Numbered from the whole stretch's first letter, positions 51,600-63,973 are shown. The stretch is DNA of 63,973 nucleotides, filler included, from Perkinsus olseni (GCA_013115125.1; 4 parts of 4 records of this genome joined end to end with filler, not necessarily neighbours in it); one strand, 5' to 3'. Translations and numbers: made by a program. Notes: generated from the sequence alone by a model not told the origin.

Positions 51600-53197
51600 G
51601 CCGTGCACTCCTGCTCAGGCCCCTCCGCAGTGAAGGCCAACCGAGCTGCCTTGGGGGGGCGACTCCGACTGGTCATCACTGGTGGCCGGCCTCTTCCCAT
51701 ACAACTCCATCAGACACTCAAGGTACGTCCACTGCAGCTCCGACAGGCTACAGTAGTGGTAGGCTGTTGCCTTCCCTTCAGCAGACCTCCCTGCGGTGTG
51801 CCGTGGTCAACTGCCTCACCATACCCGAGTGTGGGGGTGTTGCCCTCCTCACCAGCGAGGCCGACTACCGCTGCGGGCTGGCTGGGGGTCCCATCGCCAG
51901 TCTGGACATGAGACTGGTATCATAACAAGGCCTCCTCATGAAGGATAGGCCCTCTTCCTGCTTCAGGTTGATGCTTCCGATAAATGTGGTATTCGTGACT
52001 GTTCGGTAGCCCATGTTGACGCCCAGACCTGCGAGTTGAGGCCTCGAGGAGAGCTTTGTAGGGCGAGGGAGCCCACACCGGAGTATCGTGGATGCCGGTC
52101 TTAGGCGTTAGAGGCAACAGCGTCTCCCCGGGCTATTTTAGAAGGCCACAGGCAACACGCCTGCGGTTTGGTAGGTTTCTCTTGCATGGGAAGCCCTCCC
52201 GACCTCTTCTGGCTCCCTTCAGATTCCGCTGGATGGTTTCATACAGGAGATATAGTAGAGGTGCTCCCTGCAGGGGCTGTGAAGGTAGGGTACCTCCTCG
52301 TGGCGGGGGCATTGCTCCGCGCCGTCGATCAGTTGTTTGACGAGAGGATCTGCGACCAGTTGGACCTCGGGGATGGGCGGATGGTGTCTGCGAGTAGGGT
52401 GGAGCAGGCCTATGAGAAGCATTGTAAGCCTGTCTTTACTCCCTTCGACAGTGTCTGCTGAACAGGCAGTGGCATCGAGCAGTGTGTGGTCTTCGGCTCC
52501 TCCAAGGCTGAGACGATGATAGCCCTAGTGGTGAGTTCCCCCGACCTGCAGGGCCACTCGGGACCGCCTCCTCCACTCAGGTGCCGTGCGTGCAGGCAGC
52601 TAAGGAGTGGGCCACGGAAGCGGAGATACTCTTCCATGTGGACGAGCTGTTGGAATCTGATTGGCTGAGGATGAGGATAATGAGTAGGTTGCCTGTGGTG
52701 GAGGGTCGGACAGGAGCCCCCACCCTTCAGAGGAAATGGAAAGGCTACCTCTCGACGTACTACCAAAAGGCCACAAGTATCGAGTCAACGACGTGGAGCT
52801 GGTCAAGGAGCCCTTCTCGGTGGCCTGCGGGACTATTACAGCAGCGGTTGGGCGTCGGTATAGACGGAGCGAAATTATGCTGCAGAACCGGGATAAAATA
52901 GAGGCTGCGTAAGGCGGCTGATGCTGGCAGTGGTTGGAGGCCCGTTCAGGTTGCGCCGTCTGCCTCTCCTGGCACCACCGAAGAGCGACTACCTTAATGT
53001 TGCTGAGCTCATCACCCCTCGGAGAACGACTGGAAAATATGGTGAGCAACACCTATGCTCATGGACTAGGATTTGGCAAATCAGGCGATGATATCTTCAC
53101 TGGGAGCACGGCACTCTGCAGCGATTTCCGACGGCAGAGCGCGTCCACTCCAGAGACGCAGTCGTTCGGAGATGACGACCCCCGGCTCAGCGTCTAG
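51600..53197 (+). CDS. Long-chain acyl-CoA synthetase-like protein, 3' part, divergent, multi-exon
   Basis: Peptides GVRGNSVSPGYFRRP, GWFHTGDIVE, MVSASRVEQAY, WVFGSS...IALVV and PFSVACGTIT. Confidence 0.7.
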
Positions 53198-53644
53198 CTC
53201 GACAAGTGTCGTGTCTTTCTTCCTCTTTTCTTTGTTGTGCGTGTGGATATTCTAAAGTAATTCATTTTGAAGATTTTGTAAGTTGCGTCGTGTCTGTGTG
53301 AATGATGGCCGCCGCCGCCATCCTCCGCGGTGGTGGTGATGCTCAGTCGCCAATCGACTTAGCACCCTACCCCCACCTACTCCGCTGCTTCTCTTATTTA
53401 TAGCCGACCTACATTGACATCGACATACTTAGTTGAATCGTTTGCTAACTCTGACATTCTCGATTCTATTCGTTATCAACGGAGAAGGAAAAGGGGTTGG
53501 TCTTCGTTCATGATGCTGCGTCGTGTTCATGACAGTTGGTGACTGAGGGCTGTATACAAAAAGATGCACGATAGGCCCGTCATCAACCGGAGCTGCCTCT
53601 CTCTGGCAGAGTCATATCTAACAAAGATCATCATCAGAGCTTCG

Positions 53645-54754
53645 ATGGCGCTTTTTACTCTTCTTGTCGGCGCATGGGTCCTCCTCACTCGACCGAGTTC
53701 AGCCGAGGCCACGGCGCGATCTGAAGAAGAGGTATCAGCACTCCTAGAAGATGTTGATAGCGTTATAGAAAGACAAGCGGCCTTCGAGCGGTCCTGCATC
53801 ACAATATCCCCCACTTTCAAACGCGACATTGCGGCCTTCTTTGCACCACTCGCCGGGTCTCGCGAGTGGACGGTCCTGGAAGTGGGCATCTATCATGGCT
53901 ACACCACTGCCGTGCTGTCCAAGACCTTCAAGCATGTCATCGTGCTGGAGTACTACCTCGGTAACGTCTTCACTGCCATGAAGAACGTACGGTTGTTCGC
54001 TGGCAATGTGACCAACATAGAGTGGCACGCCTTCGACGCCTACAGCACCTCCTGGGCAGCGACGTTGATGCCGATGAACTCTATTGAAGTTGTGCTCATC
54101 GATGCTTCCCATACATATGACCACGTCCACTCGGATATCCTCAACGCGTTAGCCTTGCCGGGGGTAGGTTGGCTCATCATGGATGACTACGGTGTCTTCC
54201 AGAAGGGCCAGCTAGAGGTCAGGCACGCCCTCCGATACTTCGAGGAAGCTGGTACGTTGAACTGCAGCTGGCCGGTTGGCAGTGAAGATATTTTCTTCGC
54301 CAATATAACGGAGTTCTTCACGGTCGGTCGAGAAGGCATGATTTGTATGGTGATCGGCCCACCTCCAACCCTCGGCCCTACCATCGGCTTCGTAGTGGAT
54401 AGAGTCCTCACAGGCGTCCACGCGAGCACCTTCCAGTTGTTAGACACGTACCGGTACAACCCGTACGATACTCTCAACTTCAAGCGTGTGACGAATCCTC
54501 CACCGAGGAACGCTTCCTATGCTCAGATCTACTCGGATAATTTAGGCCTGGCCACTGCAGTACGGTGGGCGGACAATCGTCTCAAGCTGGGGTTCGAACA
54601 AGGCGTTGTCGAATGGCAGGTGGAGTTCAACCCCACCCTAACTGGTGTCACCGTCACCGAGTACCCCAACGGAGTGGTTTATCGAGGTATACGATTGTTC
54701 GGGATATTCACACGCATCGAGGGTGCGGCCCATGAAGCTGCTATTATACCATGA
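53645..54754 (+). CDS. Class I SAM-dependent methyltransferase (Methyltransf_24-like) with signal peptide
   Basis: N-terminus MALFTLLVGAWVLLTRPSSA; motifs VLEVGIYHGYTT, VLIDASHTYDHVHSD and GWLIMDDY; intronless. Confidence 0.8.
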   Translation: MALFTLLVGAWVLLTRPSSAEATARSEEEVSALLEDVDSVIERQAAFERSCITISPTFKRDIAAFFAPLAGSREWTVLEVGIYHGYTTAVLSKTFKHVIVLEYYLGNVFTAMKNVRLFAGNVTNIEWHAFDAYSTSWAATLMPMNSIEVVLIDASHTYDHVHSDILNALALPGVGWLIMDDYGVFQKGQLEVRHALRYFEEAGTLNCSWPVGSEDIFFANITEFFTVGREGMICMVIGPPPTLGPTIGFVVDRVLTGVHASTFQLLDTYRYNPYDTLNFKRVTNPPPRNASYAQIYSDNLGLATAVRWADNRLKLGFEQGVVEWQVEFNPTLTGVTVTEYPNGVVYRGIRLFGIFTRIEGAAHEAAIIP

Positions 54755-54780
54755 TGTCCCGCATGTTATCATTTCATCCA

Positions 54781-57720
54781 CTTGAGTCGTGTTATAGTCT
54801 TGTTCGGAAGGGTCCCCTCCGAGAACCACTCGATAACGCAATGGCAGGGCGCAGTCACAGTCACACGTACGGCATACGAAACCGAATGACATGGGGTTCA
54901 TAGGGCACGGAACATCTCGCTAGCCGAGGACCAAGACCGCCGGTTCAGTGAACCTCCGACTGTTGCTCGCTTAGGACGGGCGGGGGATGCAGAACTTCCA
55001 GCCTAAAAAAAGAGGATAGCATGGCAATTTTCACCCTCCTAGGACAGAGTTACACCGCCATCAAGCCTCGAGCCACTTTACCTTTAGCGAGGTTCTTTGC
55101 GCCACGCTAAGATCGGGGTCTCCCTCTCGGCTACCGCCAACACTAAGGCTCGTCACCTGCGAGGGATGACAGGTGACGATGACAACTTATCTTCTAACAA
55201 AGATGAACCTACTGTGCGGGAAACCGCATAGCTAGCTCGGGCTGAAGTCGATCGACTTCCGAGGAGGCTAAGTGGAGTACTACAACGAGGTATAGGAGAC
55301 GTTTCATACCTCGGCCCACTCCCACTGGATGGGAAGCTACCTCTCGACCCTAGAGTGTTAGACCCGCGGGCATCAACGCGCTGAACAATTCTGCTGAGCT
55401 GTCTCTGTAGCGACTGGAGGGCCCTGACAGAAGCTTCACGAGGGACAATCCCGATGATGGGATGAACTAACTTCGCGCCTTCTGCCTCGGTGCGCGTCCG
55501 GCGTCCCTTTTCACCGCCATGATGAGCCACAGTGACAGTATGCAATTGCCGGAGCAAGAGGGATACCTGAGGCCGATGAGTCCCTTCGACACAGCGGACT
55601 ATGCCCAGTGCCTGGCTGGCCAGGGATCGGAAGTCCGCCAACAGAGACGCCTCTGATGCCTTCAGTGAATCACATTCGGCAGTCGCGCGTCCCGTCGCCG
55701 CGATCTGAGGCGCAGTCCTCGAGCAGCGATGCCGACCAGAGTCAGTCTCACCTGCTCCTCAAGCAAGGCTTCCAATTGTCGTCTCCTGTCCCTCTCGTAC
55801 GTCAGCATGGAGGCAAGTTCAATCAGGCGTGGTATCGAGGAATCTGACAAAAAGCATAGCGTAGAGAAACGAACGAACAGCGCCTGGACCACCAGAGTCG
55901 GCATCTTCATCGTTGACGGGTTGTAGTAGAAGAGCTCGAAGTGATTTCTGGTCACTTCGGCTGAACTCAGCATCGACAATGGAGGTGTTAGCCTGCCGTT
56001 TGACCTGCTCATAGCGTGCATCGTTTGAGCACCAGTAGTAACAATTCCAAACATACCAAGCTCTCTATGAGGTCACTCTTGATGCGAAGCTGCTGCTGTA
56101 GCTCGTTGAGAGTCTGCACTGTCGAACCGTCAACTTTGCATGCCGCCGTTCTCTAGCACAACAACGCTGTCATCGTCCTCGCGACCCTTACCCACCTGCA
56201 GGTGTCTAACGCGATCTTCTCTATTCCGAAAAGTGCGATTTTCCTCTTCCAACTCTCGGATTCTCCCATCGAGATGAGCAAGGACTTTCAACCACAGTTC
56301 ACCGCCATCACCACTCCTCTCGCCGTCGGACACTGCAACGGCATGACGGTTCAGGAAATCGATTCCAGGCCAGAATCTGTCAACAGACTTCGAGGAGACC
56401 TCATCTCCTGTTGCACGGACATCTCGAGTTTTGATTCTCGTTCTTGACGGTCCACCAGCTTCCGCTTCAAGTCGTCTATAATTCTGAGCTGCCGCGATTC
56501 TTGGTCGTCAAGAGTGTCGGTCTGCACGCCGCTTTGCCTACCACGGCTATTGCCTTCGGTTGAAGAATCGTGAAGCTTCCCCACGTTGCAGCCACTGGGC
56601 GATCACTGGTGCTCGTCATCCTGTCCTCCTGTATGACGCGTTCGACTTCTTCCGATCTGCTATGCAATAGGACACTGTTCTGCGCCTCGAGTGCCGCGTT
56701 CGCCGCTTTCTGAGATACTCACTTCCATTGTGTGTTTGCTAGCGTAGTGCTTAGGCACTAGCTGTCAAACACGTGGGAACTCTAGTTTCGATAACGTCAC
56801 AGGAAAAAGCTTGCTCACAACTTACCAGATCCGCGAGCGATCGCGATGTCGAATCTAAGCGCTTACGGAGTGACCGGACCTCCTCCTGACGGCAGGGCAC
56901 AGTCCGGCTAGCTCTGGGACACCAGCGGTGCCTTACGTCCGACATCGCCACTTGCCGTTGGGCGCTGTTGACTTCTGCTCGTAACGCCATATTTGAAGCA
57001 CGAAGGGAGCTGATGTCCGCACTCTGTATCTAGGGAGCATCGGCTGTCCTACATTGCCTCTGTTCAACGACTTCCCCTCCCTTCACCTTTTCGGCGTGTT
57101 CAAGCTCCTGACAGCGAGTTCTAGTGAGCGCTAGCTGGTTGTGCAGCTCTAGAGTTGCGGATGAGTCAGGCGCTACTGGCAGAAGCATCGGTGGAAGGAG
57201 TAACCACAGAACTATCTCACCTGCCGTTCCGGGATCTCGACGGAGGATCGAGGGAGATGATGAGCGCAATGGAAGCTCACTGGATGGCGGTGGAACGAAC
57301 GAGGGAACCAGCGGCTCCAAGCTGCCTGAAGAGGGCATCAGTGTGAACAGGAAAGTGGCTTCCTGAAACGTACGCCTGCTCCGACGAGGAGCTCGTCGGC
57401 CCCCTGGGGTTGACGCTGGGCTCGAGATCATCGAAGGTGCGCCTAGGAGATCTGAGCTGGTCCCCGGTGGCCCCCCCGGATATCCATATCTGGAACCCAA
57501 TTGTATGCCCAGTCCTTCTTTCTCTCGAGATTCCAGTGGGCTAGCAGTCTGCCTGAAGTTCGAGTTCATCCGTCGAACTGTGCACTGGATTCACCCGATC
57601 TCGCCCTCCGAGGGGAGGATGGGTAGCTCCTCCTGGAGGATGTCCCTCAAAAGCTGATCCGATGATGTTGGGGAAGCGGGTGATGTGGGCGTATCCGTGG
57701 GCCCAGTCATTGTATGCTTC
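54781..57720 (-). CDS. Hypothetical multi-exon coiled-coil protein (boundaries approximate)
   Basis: A series of minus-strand exons with heptad-rich peptides (LELHNQLALTRTRCQELE, IRELEEENRTFR), a Pro/Ser-rich N-terminus and a Cys-rich end. Confidence 0.5.
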
Positions 57721-58490
57721 AGACAACAGCTATAACGTTCTCAATGGTGACGAGTAGCAGCTCAATTGTGCTGCACCTAGGCCCTAGGGCCAGCACAACG
57801 ATCCATGCATTTATACTGCAGTTACGTGCTATCTCCACAGCGTGCTACTTCCAGAGGACACTAAAATCAGGATAAACCCTGGTGCCGAGATGCTTACCCT
57901 GTCTTAGAGCAAGGATCGAGATGTAGGTGGATTCAGGTGGCGGAAATAGTTGGCATGGTCGTTGAACATGTCAGCAACAGTGATCTGAATTCTGTCGAGC
58001 TGTGTCAGCTCGAGCGTTGGAGAGACCCGTATCGTGAAATTATGCAGCGGAAACTAGTCGGGACGAACTTCCCGAATAAAGTCGGTAGCTGGTCGTTTGT
58101 CTTTGCAGTTTGAGGGCGGAGTGAGATTGAGAAGTCTAATGGAGCGGGGCATTGGATCGCGTGACTTCTCGTCATGAACGTATAGATGGGACGACGCGAT
58201 CTGTCATAATCCTGAGAAACCTCCACAACCTCTAGAAACCGAGCTTTTCCTGCCCACAGGGAAAGGTCTTCTCTAAAGTTGGAGTGGGGACTCCTCACTG
58301 CATCTCTGGAAGAGGCGACTGTACACTTGTCTGATCCTTATTAGAACCGAATGACATTCCAAATGGCGGTGTCCATCCCATTAGCGCGGAGTATCCACAA
58401 TAACTCGGACGAGACAAGCATAGCTACAGCAACATCATGTACATACCACGAACATCAGAGCAGCTCTGCGGGGAATAACTGATAGTTGAC

Positions 58491-59794
58491 TCACTTGCGT
58501 ACTGGTCGTTTAATGCACCTTCGCGCGGCGACCGTGGAACAACTTTGAACCCGGCGACCGCAGGGCGGTGCCCGCATCTGGTCCCATGACTCGTGAGACG
58601 CGAACTGCTTCACTACAGGCCTATCAGGGGTTGTGATTCCGATCTCCTTGCGATCGAGATTAACGTAGACGTCGTGTTGTGCTAGGAAAGGACCACCAAG
58701 AATAAAGGCATCAGGGGAACCTCCCGCACTTATCAGAAGGCGACACCATTCTTTTTCACATAAATTCGAGTGATAGCTCAAATCCACCTCAAAAGTAGAT
58801 CCCGCGGCACCTTGAACGATAACCCGAGGAAGGTATTCGGTCACAGTCCTGCGTAACCAGATCCAGCCTTTAGGATCGATACGAGCATATAGATGGTCGA
58901 AGCTGGTGGGATGGAGCGTAGGTGGTCTGCTTGCAACGCGTTGATGGCCGAACGTCGATGCAATAGTTGCCCATATCATCGAGAATACCTCCTTAGGGAC
59001 GGTGGTAACATCACAGCCGGTATCAATAGCCACCGGAAGAGAGTCTCGCTTCATCGATAACTCCCTTACATGACTGCCGTGGGGCGCACTCTGCACTCTG
59101 ACGCCAGACGCCGGTATTGCAAAGAGTGCTGCAGACCACGAGACGTTGCTGAGGGGAAAGAATTTCGTATCTTCCCGCTTTGCTGCGGATTCGCCGAGGA
59201 TCAACTGACCAGTTATACCAACGCCGAACTCAGATACACGCACTGAGAAGGCAGTCTCAGAGATCGCTCCGGCGCTCACGAGTTGGCTGAGCAGAGGCGG
59301 CATCCCAGCTTCTGTAATCGGCTTGGACGAAGGGATGCTAAGTTCCAAAGTGGCAAAGGGTTGCTGTCCATCTTCTATGCGTGAGCTTCCAATCATCAGA
59401 CCGATCAGTAAATTGCGGATCTCTCCCTTGCCCAACTTCAAGGTTACTCTCCGATTGACGAATCTGATAACACGTCCGCTACCGTAGCCAACTGAGTGTA
59501 TTTTTTGGGCCCGCAAACTGGCGAGGTCACATGGGTCCGTCGGAGGGCAGAAGTAGCATCCCGAGGCGAGATCCTTGCATGAGTTGCTCCCGTAGATGCT
59601 TTCATACCAACCACCGTAAATCAGGTACGACCTGTAGCCGCCACTATCGGCAAGAAGACTTATGTAACATAAGTTATGTTACGACCATCGAAACTCATTT
59701 CCACATGATTGTTCTTCAACGGGAAGGTCAGTGACGGAGAAGTGGAGGCTAGCTTCCACGACACCGCCGAGTGGAGTATAGCGACTCTCAGCAT
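58491..59794 (-). pseudogene. A1 (pepsin-like) aspartic protease copy A, frameshifted by a +14 bp fold-back insertion
   Basis: Removing 14 bp within 59659-59680 gives a 430-codon ORF from MLRVAILHSAVSW with DSG, DTG and FILGGPFL motifs. Confidence 0.85.
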
Positions 59795-60904
59795 TTGAAG
59801 TGGGCAATGACCCTAGTGACGACAAGCGATGAAAGGGTTCACTGCCCGTAGAAACTACTGCACTGCAGATCGCACTTCGCGGTGATTCCATATAATATGG
59901 ACCATATTCACCACTCTGCACGTGGTTAAGCCGATCAAGGAAATTATCAGCTTTTCTGATGTGACACTTCAATGACCGTTATATATCTCTAATGCATCAA
60001 TGCCGCACTGCGCCGGGGCCACGTTATGGAAATGCTGCCGCTCGAGCGCATGTAACCGGCCGAAAGAGGGCGCCCAAGCTATCGATAGCAACTTCCACTG
60101 CAGTGCGCTCGAGCCTGTACTGATGAAAAGTAGCTGATTGACGACGGTTGAGCCCTGCTGGTGTAGCCTCACTGCCTGTACAGCAGCGCCTGATTCCGAG
60201 ACGTGACTTCATCTCTGCACTTCTTGCTTCGATCCCGCACGATGGTCGAGCAATACGACCCCCCCCCAGCCAGCATGCGAGTAGCACGACCTTACGAACC
60301 GGTCCGGTATGCTAGGTAAAAAGTCACAACATCCGACGGTTCCCATGCATTATCGCAGATGATTCATCAGGCTAGAATTAAGAGATGAGCCTTTCGCAAG
60401 ATCGTCACCTCTCACTCTGGAAGTACACAGAGCATATCGGGCCCGCAAGGCTCCGTAGTTCGTCACAGTGCGGACGTGCATAACACTCGTGGCTCGAGCG
60501 AAATGCAGCTCAGGAACTCGGAATGCCACCCGAAAGACTCTGTGCTAGTGAGGGCACGGGTACCTGCCAATACGCCGAGCACATCGAGGTTCCGTTTTGC
60601 TAATGTGTTCATTCGAGCGGGTTCTTCGTGACTACATGGTCTGAGTTGTGGAGAGCTGGTATCGCTAACTTCTGTTTGTGGAGCCGTTAGGCCTCATGGG
60701 GATCATCGGAAATCTCCCTTTCCCTCGAATCGGGAAATTTCCGGGGCACGAAAAAACAAAATTTCCGGCGATTGCAGCAACTGTCCCGCTAATGGTTACT
60801 ACTAGCGACAAAACAAACGACACGCCCAATACACCAACATCATCAGCATCATCATCGAGCTTGCAAATTGCGGAAAACAGCGGCGTCGCGTTGACTCAGC
60901 GACC

Positions 60905-62247
60905 TCAATCGCGCACGAAATTTCGACCAGGCCTTCGGAAAATTCGACTCATTATGGAACGGTGTTCTTCTTTCCGGCGGCAAGGAGGCTGTCGGATGCT
61001 GGCCCACTGTTCTTGAGATGGAATCTCCTTCACTACTGCCCCTGTAGGGGTTGAGAGACCGACAAACCCACGATAAAGGTCAATGTAGACGTCATGCTCC
61101 GCGAAGAATGGTGCACCAAGGATGAAGTTGTCGAAAGAGTCATCAGCCCGGAGTCTGCTCGTCACCAGAAGACGACACCATTCTCCTTCACATGAATGTA
61201 CATGATGGGTCAAATGCATCTCAAAAGCGGATCCAGATTCACCTTGGATAACAAGAACAGGGAGCTTCCCCAAGACCTTTTTGCGCACCTTGATCCACCC
61301 GGCAGAACTGACGAATGCGTCTAACCTCTTGAGCTTAGCTGCTTGCGCAGCCTCCGGGCTATCAGCGACACGACCTCGACCGACTTCGGCCTCGATAGCT
61401 TCCAATATCATTGAGAACACCCTCTTAGGGACGATGGTGTCATCAGTACCGGTATCGATCACCACACTAAGATAGGCTTCTTGGTTCGAGAACTCTATAA
61501 CCTGATCTTTGCCGGACGGGCTCCTCACCCGAATTGCTGATGCAGATAACGCAGAAGCTACTTTATTCCAGGATGGCCTCCCAAGGGAAAAGACTGTCAT
61601 CTCCAACGGCTTCTTTGCGGAGTCCCCAAGGACCAATTCCCCAGTTATTCCCACAGAAAACTTGGACACACGAACCGAGAAAGTCGTCTGTGGGATTACC
61701 CCGGCCTTAACGAGTTGCCCGAGCAAAGGTGGACACAAAACTCCTGTTACCGAATTAGGCGGGGGAAGGGTAATCCCAAGCACAGCGTAGGGTTGAATGT
61801 CGCGCTGCAGGCGTGTGCTCCCGACAAGCAAACCGATTTGCAAATCCTTAATCTCTCGTTCACCAACTTTCAAAGTCACCGTCCGCATCACGAATTCGTC
61901 AGTTTGGCGGGCTGCCCCATCGGTCTTACCAGCACCATAGTAAACTTTGCGTATTTTTTGAGTCCGCAAACTGTCAAGGTCGCATGGGTCTGTTGAAGGG
62001 CAGAAGTAGCACCCTGAGGCGAGTTTTTCGCACGAGTCGGGGCCGTAGAACCTTTCATACCAACCACCATAGACCAGATACGAGATGAAGCTCGCACTGT
62101 CGACAAAAAGGTTTATGGGATGACCATCGAAATTCATCTCTACTTGAGTGTTTCTCATCGGGAATGACAGTGGAAAAGAAGCGGCAGTCATCTTCCACAA
62201 GTCGTGGACCACGACAAAGCCGAGTGGAGTATCGCTGCTCTCAGCAT
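60905..62247 (-). pseudogene. A1 aspartic protease copy B, signal-peptide region frameshifted by a +14 bp fold-back insertion
   Basis: Removing 14 bp within 62194-62215 gives a 443-codon ORF from MLRAAILHSALSW. Motifs DSA, DTG and FILGAPFF. Confidence 0.85.
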
Positions 62248-63342
62248 TTGGGTTGAATAACTTACAGGGCGAGCTATGAAGAGCCTCCACTACGAGGGAT
62301 TGCAGTCCAATCGACTACGACAGTACAGGTAACCAAATACACTAATACTATATCAATAATTGTTCAGGGTTATCAGTCCCCCAATACAATCACGACTCAC
62401 GACAGCGTCTCGTAGAATAGTGCTCAATACCCGTCACGAAGCACAACGGCATATACAGCCTTTGCTGAGCACGGTGGAAACGCAGGAACGCCCGAAGGGA
62501 ACGCAACCAACAGCAGCACGCCTGAACAATCGATAACAGTTTCTGTCCAAGTTCCACAGAGACTGCTGGTGATGGAAGGCATGTTACTCTTCTGCGTTAC
62601 ACGTTAGATCGTTGAAGCACTCCCACGAGTCCACCAAGCATACCAGTATCATTTCCCTACGAGCGAACCAGGTGTGTTCGGAGGAGCCCCTGCACGGGTT
62701 CTGATAGCTCACAGGGAGCATCACAAGGGTATGACTGCTCGAAACAACACGGCACCTGGCATGCTGCATCAACCCGGGGACTGTTCCCACTCGTTCGTAT
62801 ACGAGATTGGGATCGTGAACGCTTCAAGCGGCTTCCGTCCTCTCACCTTTTCCCCTGGCTGTGTTGGCCTATCGCGGATAACTAGCCTTCAACTGCAACA
62901 TGAATTTTCGCTGCCGCGTCTCCGACCCTATGCATGGTACTACCCCGAGTTCATGCGCTAATGCTAGAATCAGCCAGTCAAATACTAACCGCTCAATGCT
63001 CATGCAGGCTCAGTCCTACAAGGAAAGCCGTAGCGTGTTGCGGCGAGTGGAAGGAGATCGCTGTTGCCGGAGGCACGGTAGCATTTCATCACCCATGTTA
63101 CTCAATGCTTCCCTACGGAGGAAAAGTCTCTAGTGAGAACCCGCCCCGATAGCCTCACAGTGTTGACTCCATCTTAAACTAGACAGGCAGGATTCATCGA
63201 CATCATCAAGCATGCAGCATCAGACCCGCTGTTTTGGCGAATAGTGGCACAGATCACATCGAGCACAAGAATCAGCGAAAGCAATCATGTGATGGACTTC
63301 CGAAACATCTTCGGAAAAATACCCTGCGATCCCACAACGGCG

Positions 63343-63912
63343 TTATGGTCGCCGCCGGCAAAGCGGTCGATGGATTCTATTCCACGTCTCAAGAGATGTA
63401 ATCGTGTTCACTACAGGCTCTTCGGGGGCTGCAAATCCGGCAACTCCGCGGTTGAAGTCAACATGAACATCGTGTTCAGTGAAGAAGGGACAGCCCAGAA
63501 TAAAAACGTCCAAGGCTTTGTCGAACGGAAGTTTGTCAGTCAGAAGAAGACGACACCACTCTCCTTTACACACTTGCACATGTTGGCTTAAATGCATCTC
63601 CAGTGTGGATTCGGTGTCTATATCGATCGCGATCACGGGGTCCATGACACTCGTGTGGAACCAAATCCATCCATTGATATCAACGAACGCATCCACCTCG
63701 TCGAGCAGTATAGAGTGAGATAACTCCGACCTATTGGCGGTGCGATCATCCCCTAACTCCCATTCTAAAGCCTCCCAGATCATTGCGAAAACCTTCTTGG
63801 GGACTACGGTGGCGTCAGCGCCGGTATCAATTATCAATTCGAGGCGGTCTTGTGGTACGTGCGAGAACTCCATCATTTCGTCCTCTTCGGAAGGAACCCT
63901 TGTGGCTTGCAT
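63343..63912 (-). pseudogene. A1 aspartic protease copy C, C-terminal lobe only (broken or truncated upstream, near the window edge)
   Basis: Motifs IIDTGADAT, CKGEWCRLL and FILGCPFF; homology to the paralogs is lost above ~63910. Confidence 0.7.
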
Positions 63913-63973
63913 ACGGTAGTACCTAGCCAGTAGTGAGTCTCGCCCGCCAGGGCATCTATTGTGTCGCTCGCCG

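Noticed and set aside
51527-51925. Poly-Leu ORF
   Set aside because: It is a translation of the (TTG)n microsatellite at a contig edge.
57774-57788. Partial scar-like palindromes (also 14434-14448 and 14635-14647)
   Set aside because: Only one hairpin or a self-palindromic core is present, so they were not counted among the 13.
59481-59490. ACCGTAGCCA matching the start of the perkinsid/dinoflagellate spliced leader
   Set aside because: Only 10 nt match, it is antisense within protease codons (VGYG), and the rest of the leader is absent.

Overview
Eukaryotic, intron-rich DNA (short GT-AG introns). The gene content and style suggest a Perkinsus-like alveolate (inference). The window is four contigs joined by artificial 100-bp N44-TTAATTAATTAA-N44 linkers. 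Contig 1 has tRNA-Ser, a TraB-domain gene, a tRNA-Gln tandem array, SMU1 and an unknown three-member paralog family. Contig 2 has a cluster of secreted LpqC/PHB-depolymerase-like esterases, a truncated LTR retrotransposon, hAT-like ends and pseudogenes. Contig 3 has a giant polycystin-1/REJ-like gene, cytochrome b5, PNP, a CCDC112-like gene and tRNA-Ser. Contig 4 has an acyl-CoA-synthetase-like 3' part, a secreted methyltransferase, a coiled-coil gene and three A1 aspartic protease paralogs. The strongest signal is a stereotyped fold-back scar, ABCDEFG-h'-revcomp(B..G)-a'-BCDEFGH (usually +14 bp), found at least 13 times. It matches hairpin-mediated excision of an 8-bp-TSD (hAT-type) transposon and disrupts three secreted-enzyme genes.
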